Shown: positions 1-11,584 of the stretch, piece by piece
How the letters are laid out: every line of letters begins with the position of its first letter
Position numbering within the stretch: the stretch's first letter is position 1
Source: Camelus dromedarius
Lineage: Eukaryota
Direction: 5' to 3'
NCBI RefSeq assembly: GCF_036321535.1
Contig: NC_087437.1
Location: 76,882,001-76,946,000 of the forward strand
Length of the DNA stretch: 64,000 nucleotides
Notes under the pieces: generated by a model
The model's input: the letters and a program-made list of their open reading frames with translations, nothing else
Told to the model about the DNA's origin: nothing
Databases searched by the model: none
Made by a program: the position numbers and the translations under genes

Positions 1-574
1 GTTTCAGATGAAACTTTGCAAGAATTTAATGTGAGCAGATTTTCAATGCTTTCTTTATGTCCACTCCAAAATAAACTGAAGAAAACTAGTCAGATGGAAA
101 GATACCTTTAGGAAACATAGGTAAAGACAAAGCTAATTTTTTCTTAAGAGACCTATCTGCAAAGCTGGTTTGTATCATTTCTACTGAATACATATTGGGG
201 GAAAATTATTCACACAAAACCAAACCATCACCAACAGGGCAATCTGATAAAATGAGTCTGTTCTGAGACATCTGCAAATTGTTTTCATCTTGAATTTTCT
301 GTCAAACCGATCTGAGGTAACTGGCTATCATTAGCATGACCACATAATTCAGGAAAAGGCAGAAGCAACTTTCTGCAAAGGAAATGTGGATAACACTAAC
401 ACATCGTTACTCAACAGTTTTATTCCTTATAAATGTGTTGTGTTTTCACGGCACTGTTTGATTTGATCCGATTTCCTTCACGTTGTCTTTAACATTCTTT
501 TATTCCTCTTTATTTTTACTGTAGCTGCACAGTAGAGAAACTTATCACAAAACACCAGTTTTAATTAGTTGCCT

Positions 575-790
575 CCAGAACTCTGGCCTACATTTAAATT
601 CTGGCTTATTCATGGGCTAGTTTGGGGATCCTGAGGCAATTTTTGAACCTGTCTTAGCCTTATCTTCTCCCCTAGAAATATGAATTATTATAATAGCAGT
701 CTTTAAGTACTTTTAAGACGATACAATCCATGTTGGTCACCTAGCACAGAGCCTATTACACAATAAGCGCTCAGTATACTTAAAGTATAC
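575..790 (+). mobile_element. MIR SINE, degenerate
   Basis: MIR-like core and 3' end (cctagcacagagcct...aataagcgctcagta); boundaries approximate. Confidence 0.55.
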
Positions 791-1698
791 TGGTGGTATT
801 ATCTAACCATGTTACTTCTCATATCTAGATTATCTTTTATAACACATTGCCACTTCAGATAAAGCATTTCTCTCTTCCCAAAGATAAAATGCTTTTTCCT
901 TAGACTTGTATTACAAGTCCCTATGGACTAACATGTCCCTGTGGTATAGAATGACCTAAATTCTGACTAGCTTTCAGTAGATATTTCCTAGGGTGTTTTT
1001 TTGTTGTTGTTAAAGTTTATTCTGGCCAGATGAATATGTATGCTCTTCCTAAACTAATCCCCTATGATGTGCCTTAATATCAGTTCACACAATTATTCAT
1101 GCCTAAAATGGATTTTTCACTTTCCTATCCAAGTTTGAATTCCATTCATCATCAAGTGATGATTTTAGGTAAATATCTTGTATGGAATAATACTGTACTT
1201 GGTTCCTTAAAAATCTACAGTACCCTATTGCCTTTCTATTCATTTGTCATGTATCATTTTGCTATTTGACTTTTTTGTTATGTTGACCATTAATTTCCAG
1301 ATAGTTTGAAATCTCCTAAAAATGAAGGACCATATTTCTCTGTATAAACTATATAACCTGGCACAATATTAGACTCAGAATCAAACTCAAATTTTGATCT
1401 ATCTGTTGTTCCCTAATACCATAACCTGCATAGTATGTACGTTAAATATAACCTTGGTAAAATGATGAGTGAATTATTCTGAGACCAGTGTAGTATGTGT
1501 CATAATTAAAACAAAGGCACTAAAGCATTCAGGCATTGGTGATGGAAGTCCTGGAAAAGTTGTTTTACTAAAGAGACAGTAATTTTTTTTTTATGGATAC
1601 TATTTTAGGTATTATTGCTACAACTTTGGAACCAGGCAGATACTGATAATCTAATCTGACTGTGACCTCTAGGATAAATACAATCATTATGAAGCTTG

Positions 1699-1742
1699 AT
1701 GTATGTATGTATGTATGTATGTATGTATGTATGTATGTATGT
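1699..1742. repeat. (ATGT)n microsatellite
   Basis: About 11 perfect tetranucleotide units read directly. Confidence 0.97.
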
Positions 1743-4700
1743 GTGTGAGGTAGTGGGGAAAGATAGAGAGAATGAGATCGATCTAAACTTTTCTTCCCTC
1801 ATTATGTGTCTGTGGTGATAAATACATACAAAACAACATGCACTCGAGTTTAATGCTTGCTCTTCCAGTGAAGAGCATTTTGAAATGAAACCCACATTCT
1901 CAAAGAAGTTCCATAAGGAGGCGTTAAGGAATATATTTTAGAACACATAAGAATTAAATCTTAAAAAATCTGGAAGATTACGTATTATGTATTTTCTCAT
2001 TTTCAGAAAAGTCGAACACAGATGGGCTTCTTGTACATGTATACCTGAGGTCCAAAGTTTCCCGGTTTTGGTTGTCTCCCCATTTCTCATATTGATTGCC
2101 AGAAAATGCAGATCTAGTACATTTGTTGATCCTGAGCATAAGAACTTTGATTACTACACAGTGATCAGCTAGCACTGTTTACTATAGATCTCAAATTCTT
2201 CTGATTGAAAAGATATTTTAAATTTCTCTATCTAAATAGAAATATGAAGTAAGAATATCTAAGTCTCCCTCCCTCCCAGTAAGAGCAAATGGAAAAATAC
2301 AGTATGTCGTTGAATCACGTTTGTTTGATATCAACAGAAATCATTGGGAATTAGGAGGTATATATCCACTTTGTTCAGTTACTGACCATTTTCAGGGATT
2401 TGTGTGATTTTAATGGCTTTAAACATGAAATCATTCAAATGTTTGGCTGATTACTTTCTGCATTGATGATAAATATGTTGTCTTATTTGGCATTAAATAA
2501 TTTTGTTTGCTTTTATGATGCTGTAAATTTAGGAAATAACCACTCCCATTATTAAGGTTGTTCTAGTAACTTACTAACCTAAAAAAAAAAAATTAAAAAT
2601 AAGTAAACAAATAAAAACAGTTTTATTTTTATTTTAAATCTTACAGACGAGTGATTGCTATTGTCATTGTGTTGTGCTCTTCAAAATTCAATTCCAAGGT
2701 TGATCACAATTTTTCCCAAAGAATTTTCTGTATTTAAGTTTTGTTTTGATTTGTTTTTTACAAAGTTATCATTTATCTTGCGGCCCATTATTGATTAACT
2801 TTAAACTCTTAAAATGGATTATATCTGGACTATATTAAAAATATATTTTTAAAAATCTGAAAATATGTATATGTATTATATTTATTATAACATTATAAAT
2901 TAACTACACTTCAATAAAAAATAAGAATTAAAGACAAAAAATCATATTTAACTGATTTAATTTAGTCTTAACTAATTTGACTTATAAATATATACATGCT
3001 TAGACATAGAAATTTCCTTGCTAAGAATTTACCCTACAGATGCATTCACAGAGGCATGCAATATATATACATATATATAATTATATTATTTATGTAAAAA
3101 ATTATATAACCATATCCATATATATATACCATTATGTCAATTGTATAAATATGTATACAATGATCAGCCATAAATCATTAATAATGGATTTCTCCATTTT
3201 AATCAGACTCTCCAGATGACCTCGAGAATAGGAATTAGGCAGCCAAGGCTTGGGAATGGAGTCAATTTTAATCTTCAGTTTCTCTCATATTATTAAGTAT
3301 TTTATGAGTATAAGTTTTTTATAATTAAATGACATTAACATTTTTATCACTTTTCACTATTTTTCTAGGTGTAAGAGATTTCTGATAAATATGAAGTAAA
3401 CATCCTAACCTCAAGAAGTAAAAAGACAGGAATTAGACTCTAGAATTTTTATCATTGTTTGTAAAAATAAGAGACGATTACATTAAGGATATGAATTTGT
3501 CAAATTCAGCTGTCAGAGAAAAGATTATGGTTAACACTTTTGACATTTTCATAGGAGGACTGTAAAAGTATGCAATTTCATAAATTTAGAATGGCATTTG
3601 AAAATATAGCCTTCTGTGTAATTGTGTGGCTTTGTTGTCCTACTGTCAGTTTTGAATGACACTTAATAATTATGTGTGGAGATATAAAGGATGGTAAGGT
3701 TTTTTTATTTTTTAAGTAGCTTGGATACAGGTGGAAATTGTCAAGTCTTTTTATCAGAATGCAAGTAGAACATCAAGATCATAAACTATCTTTTTACAAC
3801 TGAGTAAAAGAGGTCTCTATATTACAAAGGCATTTTATTAAAAAGTAAGAACACCAAATCCCTTTGAGTATAAATTAAAGAGCACACCGACCAAAACATT
3901 GGTTTACTCTCCTAATATTTAACATTTAGAAGCAAAGTTTATTCATTTTAATGAGACTATCCATATGAACCTATTCTACTTTCATAAATACCTTATTAAT
4001 GCTGAATATATTATGTAACAATGTTAAACAATGTCCATATTATGTAGAAAATAGGCATTTCTGTTATTTCATGAATCTAAAGAGGAAGAAATCAGAATAC
4101 AAACTTGAATGTAAGTGAGTTTTTAACACTTGTACTTAAGCATATTAAGCTAATAATCCTTAAAATTCTTATAATTCTATTTCTAAAAAATGTATTTTGT
4201 GTATTTTTGGACAGCTCTGTAATGTGATTATGTGGAGAATTCTATTGATGGATCCCATTTTTTTCTATCCAAAGAAAAATAATATTTTTTACTATTTGAA
4301 ATCTGAGGAAAAGATTTTTTTGATGGGACCATTTCTAAAAGTTCCCCTAGCTTATTATTTTAAGACCCTAGTTAATTGGATTTTTCTTTCGTTCTTTGGT
4401 AAAAGAAACTTTACTAAAATTACCTTCTTACTGATTTTTAATAACTTGCTATTTTTATTGGCTTTCAAAAGCCACAGGAAGTACCTTGATTATAACATTT
4501 CTGTTATGGTGACCACCTCATATTTATACATTTCAAGTTTTCAGGTTTTTCACTTTCCTTTCTTTATTACTGCATTAAGTAGATTGCCTTTATATTACTA
4601 TTTTCATTTGTTCTTGATATCTTTCCTAATATTTCCTAATAGTTTGCCTAAATAGTCACTAGGAAAATATTTAGAAATTACTTTAATGTTTAAAAATCAA

Positions 4701-5687
4701 ATTTGCCTAGTAGCATTTAAAAATCTTTTTATGCGTAATATGTAAAACTGTGGTGATTTCTTTTCTGTTGGGTTTAAATCAGAGTTTAGACATGTGTTTT
4801 TGCTAATCATTAATATTTGGAAATTGAGAAAGATAAATTATATTTCACATGAGGTACATTGAATACATATTGCGTATAAGAAAGCTAAGTTGGATGAATC
4901 AGGGGAGAAAAGAGAAAAATGAATTAATAGATTATGTGTCTTTTGTTGAGTACTGGTTGGAAAATCAGAATGGTATCTGAAGGTAGAAGTAACATGAAGT
5001 TCAATTAAGTGCAGCAAAAAAGTAATGGCAGTTTTAATTTAAAGCTTAGTTTTTTTCTTAACTCCCTAATATGAAAATAATTGTTGAGATTCTCTCACCG
5101 TATTCCAGATTTGAAAATTAGTAAACTTTAATTTGAGCTTTAATTGAAAAAAATCTCTTGAGGATGTTGTGCTAGAAAACATGTTACTTCTTTTTTTTTC
5201 CCCCGCTAGATTTTATTTCTAGAGAGAGCCAAAATAGTATAATAATGACATATAGAATTGTGTGAAAGAAAGGATTCCAACCTGGTTATTGAGAGGTTTG
5301 GATTCTGACACAATTATGCAACTAGTTAGACTCTGTGCCTTTATGTACTCATTTGTAAAAGAGGTGGCTAGCTCAGATGATTGTCAAGGCCCCTTCCAGC
5401 CCTGAGATATTATGTCTCTATAATGCCAGATCTCACTGGGAGTCAATGCAGTGATTAGTATATTCTCATTTAGGTCTTGTTTAGATAGTATGACTTAATA
5501 TTTGTGGACAGATTACTGATGCTCTTTATGTAAGTGGGAGTCTCATTCATTCATCAATAACTATTTAATGAGTACCTACTAAGCTCTTGTCTCAGAGCCA
5601 TGGGGAGCTGTTGAATGAAGCATGTATGTTCATCTAATTCTATTACCATCTCACAATTATAATGAAGGATGAAACTTCACATGCCAC

Positions 5688-5750
5688 TTTAAAGTCAGAA
5701 TGATTTAAAGTCAGAATGATACATCATTTCAAAGAATGATAAAGTCAGAA
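5688..5750. repeat. 16-bp tandem duplication plus partial third copy
   Basis: tttaaagtcagaatga at 5688-5703 and 5704-5719; taaagtcagaa at 5740-5750. Confidence 0.9.
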
Positions 5751-6414
5751 GAATTTTGAATTAACACTGATTACTAAATTATGTTCATATACTAATTTGT
5801 AGCTTAGAAAAACACTTTTACATATTAAAACATTTCTGTTTTCACAATAAGCCTTGAAGCATTCATAAAACATGCCACACACACATGCACAGACAAGAAA
5901 TAAACATACAGAGCTTGCCTTACATCATATGATTAGAAGGCACCCTGATTACCTGCCCTCGGTCACATAAAAGACAGTAAAAATAGAATTTGAACCCAGG
6001 TCTTCTCACTTCCAGACTAGTGACCTTTCGAAGATGTAATATTAGTTGCTTCTCATGAATATTGGGAAGAAGAAAAATGTCCCTGATATGGCTTTCTTTC
6101 ACTATCCCATAGAATTTTGTAAGACTTGACAATATTTGCTTTGTTAAAAAGTTAACTTGTGCTATACAATTTAGTGATGTTATTTTGTTTCTTAGTGATA
6201 AGTTATTTTAAATGAGTTTGAAGATAATACACAAATCTATCCTTTATTGATATAATATATATTTTACGTATGGTTAGTGTATAGAACTATAACACTAGAA
6301 AGACGTAATGTTAATTGAATTGAGCTCCTACGGAAAGGCTTAACAATTACATTGAACTTCTTTCCAGTTTACTAATGTCCTTTTTATGCTGTAATGTACT
6401 AAATGCAGCAGTGG

Positions 6415-6811
6415 TGTAGTAGACATTGTGACCCCTCTTTATGAACAAAGGGCTTCCTCCCACCCCAGCTGGTGGAAGAGATGTAAGCTGAAAGCCCTCA
6501 GTTATTAGTTCCACTCAAGTTGCCTCAGCTAAGAGAGACACCTCACTCGAGAGCACATCCCCCTCCCTGGGCAGCCTGTATCCAATGACGGGTCAACACA
6601 GAGGTGTAAGATTCTGGCTATTTTGCCATGACTTCGAATAACTCTGAAGGGTTATCAAAGCTTCAGAGCTCCCAGTGAGGCCAGCTGAGATCTGTTGTGA
6701 GAAACCATCACAGTCCAAGTTTTCCTTCCATACTCTTTACTTTTCTACAGATGTTGATTTTGAGAGCACTCCTCAGTAAACTTCCTGCTCGGAAATCTCT
6801 GTGTAGAATCC
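6415..6811 (+). mobile_element. ERV-L LTR, LTR16C-like (5' LTR, 3' end truncated)
   Basis: Starts TGTAG; gggcagcctgtatccaatgacgggtcaa, aactctgaaggg, cagagctcccagtg and gagagcactcctcagtaaacttcctgc match recalled LTR16 consensus blocks. Confidence 0.8.
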
Positions 6812-8632
6812 TCCCCTTGAATATCCATTTACTCAGGAAAGGGAGTGCCCAACCATCTGGACTGTTGGACATAGGATCTGAGTTGACACTGATACCAAGG
6901 CACCTTCATACTCTCCCACCTCTAAAGACATTTGAATCATCTGGACATCATATTAAACATCTCATTAGTACATTATATTGATGACATCATCTTAATCAGA
7001 TTGGAAAAGCAGGAAGTGACAAGTATGTTGAGGGTGTTTGCAAGACCCACACATTACAGAGGATGAGAAGATTAGGGGCTTGTTATATACTCAGAGGTTT
7101 GGTGGTCAGGGACATGTCAGTACATATCCTCTAAAGTAAAGGACAGATTATCACCCCTGATATCTCTCACCATGAAGGAGGAAACACAACACCAAGTTGG
7201 CCTCTTCAGGTTCGGGAATCAGCATATTTCTGGAAAAACTGCTCTGCTGGTAAAAAGCGTGACGTGAAAAGCAGCCATCTTTGCCTGGGTTTCATAAAAG
7301 CAAAGGTTTCTGTAGGTCTAGGCTGTAGGACAGGCAGCTCTGCTTCTTGGGCCTTACACTGTATTGGAGGAGTCTGTGGTGTAAAAAGTCAAGTGGAGTA
7401 TTTGGGAAGTCCTGTTAAAAGAAACATACAGTTTATTCTGGAGCACAGCTTTGCAGGAAACTATATGCCTTTTAGAAAATCTCTCTCTCTTTTTTCACCA
7501 CTCAATAGTGGTAGATGTAGAATGTCTCACCATGGAGTCATCAAGTGACTGTGTGGTCAGAGCTTCCTTCAGGAGTAGATCTGTGATTGAAATAAGTAGC
7601 CCTATTAGGAATCCATTGTAATATGGAAGTAGTACACCTGAGATCTGGTATAAGCATCTAAATAATGCCCAAAGACACAAGTTAAGCTTGTATCTTAAGC
7701 CAATGGCTGAGACCCTGCTCTATCTCCACTAGCACCATGTCATTAACTCCACTATCACTACCACACCTCCACCTCACCCACTACCGTGTCTTTCACCTTT
7801 GCACCAGAACCTCTCACTCTGCTTAAATTTATAGAAAAACGGAGATTTGGAGGGGAAAACTCAGAGTTTGGTTCATATAAATGTTGGCTTAATTGACCAC
7901 GCTATATCTAGGGAAACAGGCACAAATGTGAAATGGTTTTCATTGCATCCTGATGCCATCAGAGAACACCCATCATGGAAGAGGCACTAAACAACCAAGT
8001 AGATAAAATGACTGTCCAATTGATGTCAGTCAGACTGTCATTGTCCACTCCAATGCTTACAGAATGGGCCCATGAATGTAGTAGCCATGATGGCAGGGAT
8101 GAAGACTATGCATGGATCAAAAAGTATAGGCTTGCACACATCAAGGCTGATCTAGCTATGCCATTAATGGACTGTCAGCCTCTCAGCAGTGAAGATGAAC
8201 GCTGTCTCTAATAGAGCACTGTCCCTCAAAAAAACGAAGAAGACACTTGGCAAGTTGATTGTATTGAAACCCTTATACCCAGCAATGGCAATGATTCATT
8301 TTAAGAAGAATAGGAATATTTTCTGAGTATATTTTCTGACTGCAGATGTCAAGCAGCACCACTATCTGAGGGCTTACATAATAATCCACCAGATAAGGAT
8401 CTCACTTTATATCGTATCACATTGAGGCATTGAAACCCCCATTTTACAACAAAAGAGGAGTAGGAGTGGACACATGACCATAAGATCCGCAGGCCACATA
8501 ATACCACCCAGAAGCTGTCATTCTGATAGAGCAAAGAAGTAGACTTGTCAAGGCAAACTGAGGTGCCAGCTTGGAGATGATTCCTTACAAGGATGGGGCA
8601 CTGACCTTCAGGATGCAGTACACACATGAGAT

Positions 8633-8853
8633 CAAGTGTTGGCAAACTTTTTCTGTAGAGACAGATGATAAATATTTCAGGTTTTGCAAGCCATGTGGTC
8701 TCTGTTGCAAGTACTCAACTCTGCCATTCTAGTGTGAAAGAAGCCTTAAGTAATATGTAAATGAGCATGTATGGCTGAGTTCCAATAAAACTTTATTTAC
8801 AGAAATAGGCAACAGGGTAGATTTGGCCCTGGGGCCATAGTTCACCAATCTTG
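8633..8853 (-). mobile_element. MER58A-like hAT-Charlie MITE nested in the ERV-L
   Basis: ggcaaactttttctgta...tactcaactctgcc...gttccaataaaactttatttaca...gatttggccc is the reverse complement of the recalled MER58A consensus. Confidence 0.85.
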
Positions 8854-9597
8854 ACACTGTATCTATGACCTCTCTATGGTATTGTGTCCCTAGGGACACA
8901 ATATGAATTCAAGAGTCAAGGGGTTGAAGGATGGGAAGCCTCATTTATTCTCACTCCTAGTAATCTTGGGAAATTTGTGCTATCTGTCTTAAAAATTCTG
9001 TGACTTATGGATTTAAAAGTCCTGATACCCAAAGAGAAACACTTCTAGCAGGGGACACAGAAAGAGACCTACTGCATGTAAGCTATAGCTGTCACCTGGG
9101 CTAAGGGATAAACACACAAAAAGAGGAATCAACATCCTGGCAGGGAACTGACTCAGATCATCAGGAGGAGGTAAGGCTGCTGTTACTCAATTAGGACAAG
9201 GAGGTCTGGTTGGCTCCCACATGATCTAACTTGCATACCTCTTAGTATCCTGTACCATATTTTAACAATAAATAGATGAGTGCAACAAAAATGGACAAGC
9301 CACAGTCTGGAAGGACATGGTGCCCACAGACCCAAAACTACCAAGAAGTGCTTTTGAGATGATAGAGGATCAAGATGATGAACATTAATTACAGCCTTCA
9401 GGTCGGCTACAGTGGCATGGACTTTATTCTTCTCACCAATCTTTCTTTCTTTCTTTTTTTTCTTTTTTTGATTGTAGCCTAAAGTTTATTGTTCACTGTT
9501 GCTCTTTTCTAGATTCTTTATGTATACTTTCTCTTACATGTAATTTTGTAAATAATTTTATTTAAAAAGATTACACTTTATTTTTTCCATTTTAAGA

Positions 9598-9975
9598 AAT
9601 TGAAGAATAGTTGATTTACAACATTTCAGGTGTACAGCAAAGTGATTTAGTTATACCTATATATGTGTTTGTGTGTATCCCTTTTCAAATTCTTTACCAC
9701 TACAGAATATTACAAAGTAGTGAATAGAGTTTCCTATGCTATATAGTAGGTCCCTGTTGTTTATCTGTTTTATATATAGTAGTGTGTATCTGATCATCTC
9801 AAATTCCAAATTTATTCCTTAGCCTCTTTCCCCTTGGGTAACCAAAAGTTTATTTTCTATGTCTGTGAGTCTATTTCTGTTTTGTAGGTATGTATGTGTA
9901 TTTATATCATTATTTTAGATTCCATATGTAAGTGGTATCATATGATATTCGTCTTCCTTTGTCTGACTTACTTCT
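9598..9975 (-). mobile_element. L1 3' end, artiodactyl type, 5'-truncated, nested in the ERV-L
   Basis: ttgaagaatagttgatttaca...ttagattccatatgtaagtggtatcatatgatat...tctgacttacttc is a typical antisense L1 3'UTR. Confidence 0.85.
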
Positions 9976-10093
9976 GCCAATCTTCTTCTGATGAGTCTGA
10001 CCTAGTAAAAAAGATCCATTATAACCGCAACTCTGGCTGCTGTCAGTCAGAATATATATGCAGGAGTAGATCTGACCAGTACAACCAATGTAC

Positions 10094-10537
10094 TGTAGTA
10101 GATGCTGTTTTGTGGGACCTGAGTGCTCCTTCAGAACTGAGGTGTTTATTCCTACATCTTCTGGGACTACTACCAGCTGACAGACCTGACTTAGCTTTTC
10201 TTTTTTTTCTCCTTTCTGTAATTGCCTTGGGTTGGAAAGGGCTCCCTAGTATAATATCACATTCCCTTCTAAAAAGCAGCTTGCATCCAATGGCTGGTCA
10301 AAGGAAGAGGATTGAGGTCTGGCATCCTCACCACAATGCAGAATAACCCTGAAGGGCTCCGTGGTGAAACTGCATGCAGCCTAATTTCCTTCATTGTCCA
10401 GTACTGCTTTTTTCCCTTCCTTTCCCTATCATCCATTCCTTCCACAACTGTTGATCCTAAGAGCTCTCCCTGATAAATATCCTGCCTAATAATACCTAAT
10501 CACAGAACCTTATTGACAAGGAATCCTACCTGCTTCA
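10094..10537 (+). mobile_element. ERV-L LTR, LTR16A-like (3' LTR)
   Basis: TG...CA termini; gcagcttgcatccaatggctggtcaa, aaccctgaaggg and tgttgatcctaagagctctccctgataaatatcctgc are homologous to the LTR at 6415. Confidence 0.78.
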
Positions 10538-10856
10538 GGGAGATACAAATGCCTACAAGTCTCCAAAATTATTTGGTTTGAATATGGCAGAGAAATGACA
10601 AGAGTTCCCTCCTGGCTGTTAGGAACTTACTCTCTTGAATCTGCTAGTCTGGTTTTTTATGTAGTGTTTCCTGGTGGACTACCTATTAATGATACTGCAC
10701 CTGAGAGTGCTAGCGGTGATTTAATGAACACCATCCTTGTTCATATGTGGAACTGTCAAAATGTAAGCTCTTCTGGAGGCTAGCTTGCTTCATTACAACT
10801 TCACTGATGGTCTCTGAGTATACCAACTACATCAAGATTTAAAAGTCTCTCCAAAT

Positions 10857-10945
10857 TGGGAAACTAGATAAGGAATACATAAGGTGTTGCCATATTATTT
10901 TTTTACAACTGTATGTCAATCAATTAAAATAAATTGCTTAATTTA
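10857..10945 (+). mobile_element. ~90-bp old L1 (L1MD-like) 3' tip with target-site duplication
   Basis: Flanked by aaaagt(c/t)tctccaaat at 10841-10856 and 10946-10961 after TT|AAAA; body resembles an L1M 3' terminus. Confidence 0.65.
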
Positions 10946-11431
10946 AAAAGTTTCTCCAAATAGGTTTCCCAGGTCTCCTTCCCCCTCCTCAGCTCCCGAA
11001 GAGAATGATATACTTTTCCTAGGAAATGTCTTCTGTGTTGAATGGCTAGAATCCATCATGGCTGAAGACTCTGGGGCCTTTCCTGCAGCTTTGATTGTCT
11101 TCTACTTTTCACTTGAGGAGAGTCAGGGGCCCTCTTCTGCAAGACCTAACTCTAGATTGTGCTTCTGGAACCTCCATATCTGTCCATAAGGTACTGGATA
11201 TTGTGCGATTAAATAAGAGGTTCTAAAGTTGCATACAATCACCCACTTAAAATTTTTGCTCACATTAGTATTCTGTTTAACAGTTTGTATGAATGAGGCC
11301 TACTTTGGAAACATATGCTGCTTTTGAGGGTCATGCTTGTTTAAGATATTCCATGGAATCTTCTTAGTTTGACTCTCTTGAGGCTGTGTTTTAGAGGATG
11401 AGACTGATAATACTGCAAGAAACTGAAACTT

Positions 11432-11584
11432 GGGCAGAGAGTATAGCTCAAGTGGTAGAGTGCATGCTTAGCATGCATGAGGTCTTAGGTTCAATCCCCA
11501 GTACCTCCTATATAAACAAACAAACAAACAAACAAACCTAATCCCACCCCAGAAAAACCTAAAATAAATTTAAAAATTATTTAA
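11432..11584 (+). mobile_element. tRNA-Ala-derived SINE (camelid Vic-1-like)
   Basis: A box tagctcaagtgg, B box ggttcaatcc, (AAAC)n tail; imperfect TSD aaactgaaa at 11420 and 11585. Confidence 0.88.

Larger units (their letters stand above)
6812..10093 (+). pseudogene. Degenerate ERV-L (HERV16-like) internal pro-pol region with deletions and nested insertions
   Basis: Protease-like GLLDIGSELTLIP (6859-6897); RT motif LVHYIDDIILI (YIDD 6974-6985); RNaseH/integrase EEALNNQVDKMT...WAHECSSHDGRD (7975-8211); WQVDCI (8248); YHPEAVILIE (8502); many stops and frameshifts. Confidence 0.88.

Noticed and set aside
4197..4655. 152-aa ORF
   Set aside because: TTG start, F/L/I/K-rich composition typical of AT-rich noise, and no recognisable domain.
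9894..10346. 150-aa ORF
   Set aside because: It spans an L1 end, ERV internal sequence and an LTR; no coherent protein.
10960..11400. Possible ERV-L gag fragment after the second LTR
   Set aside because: Only a faint resemblance, with no PBS or translatable motif; cannot be supported without alignment.
11432..11508. tRNA-Ala-like gene
   Set aside because: It has a simple-repeat A-rich tail, a TSD and a second dispersed copy at 32 kb, so it is a SINE, not a functional tRNA.
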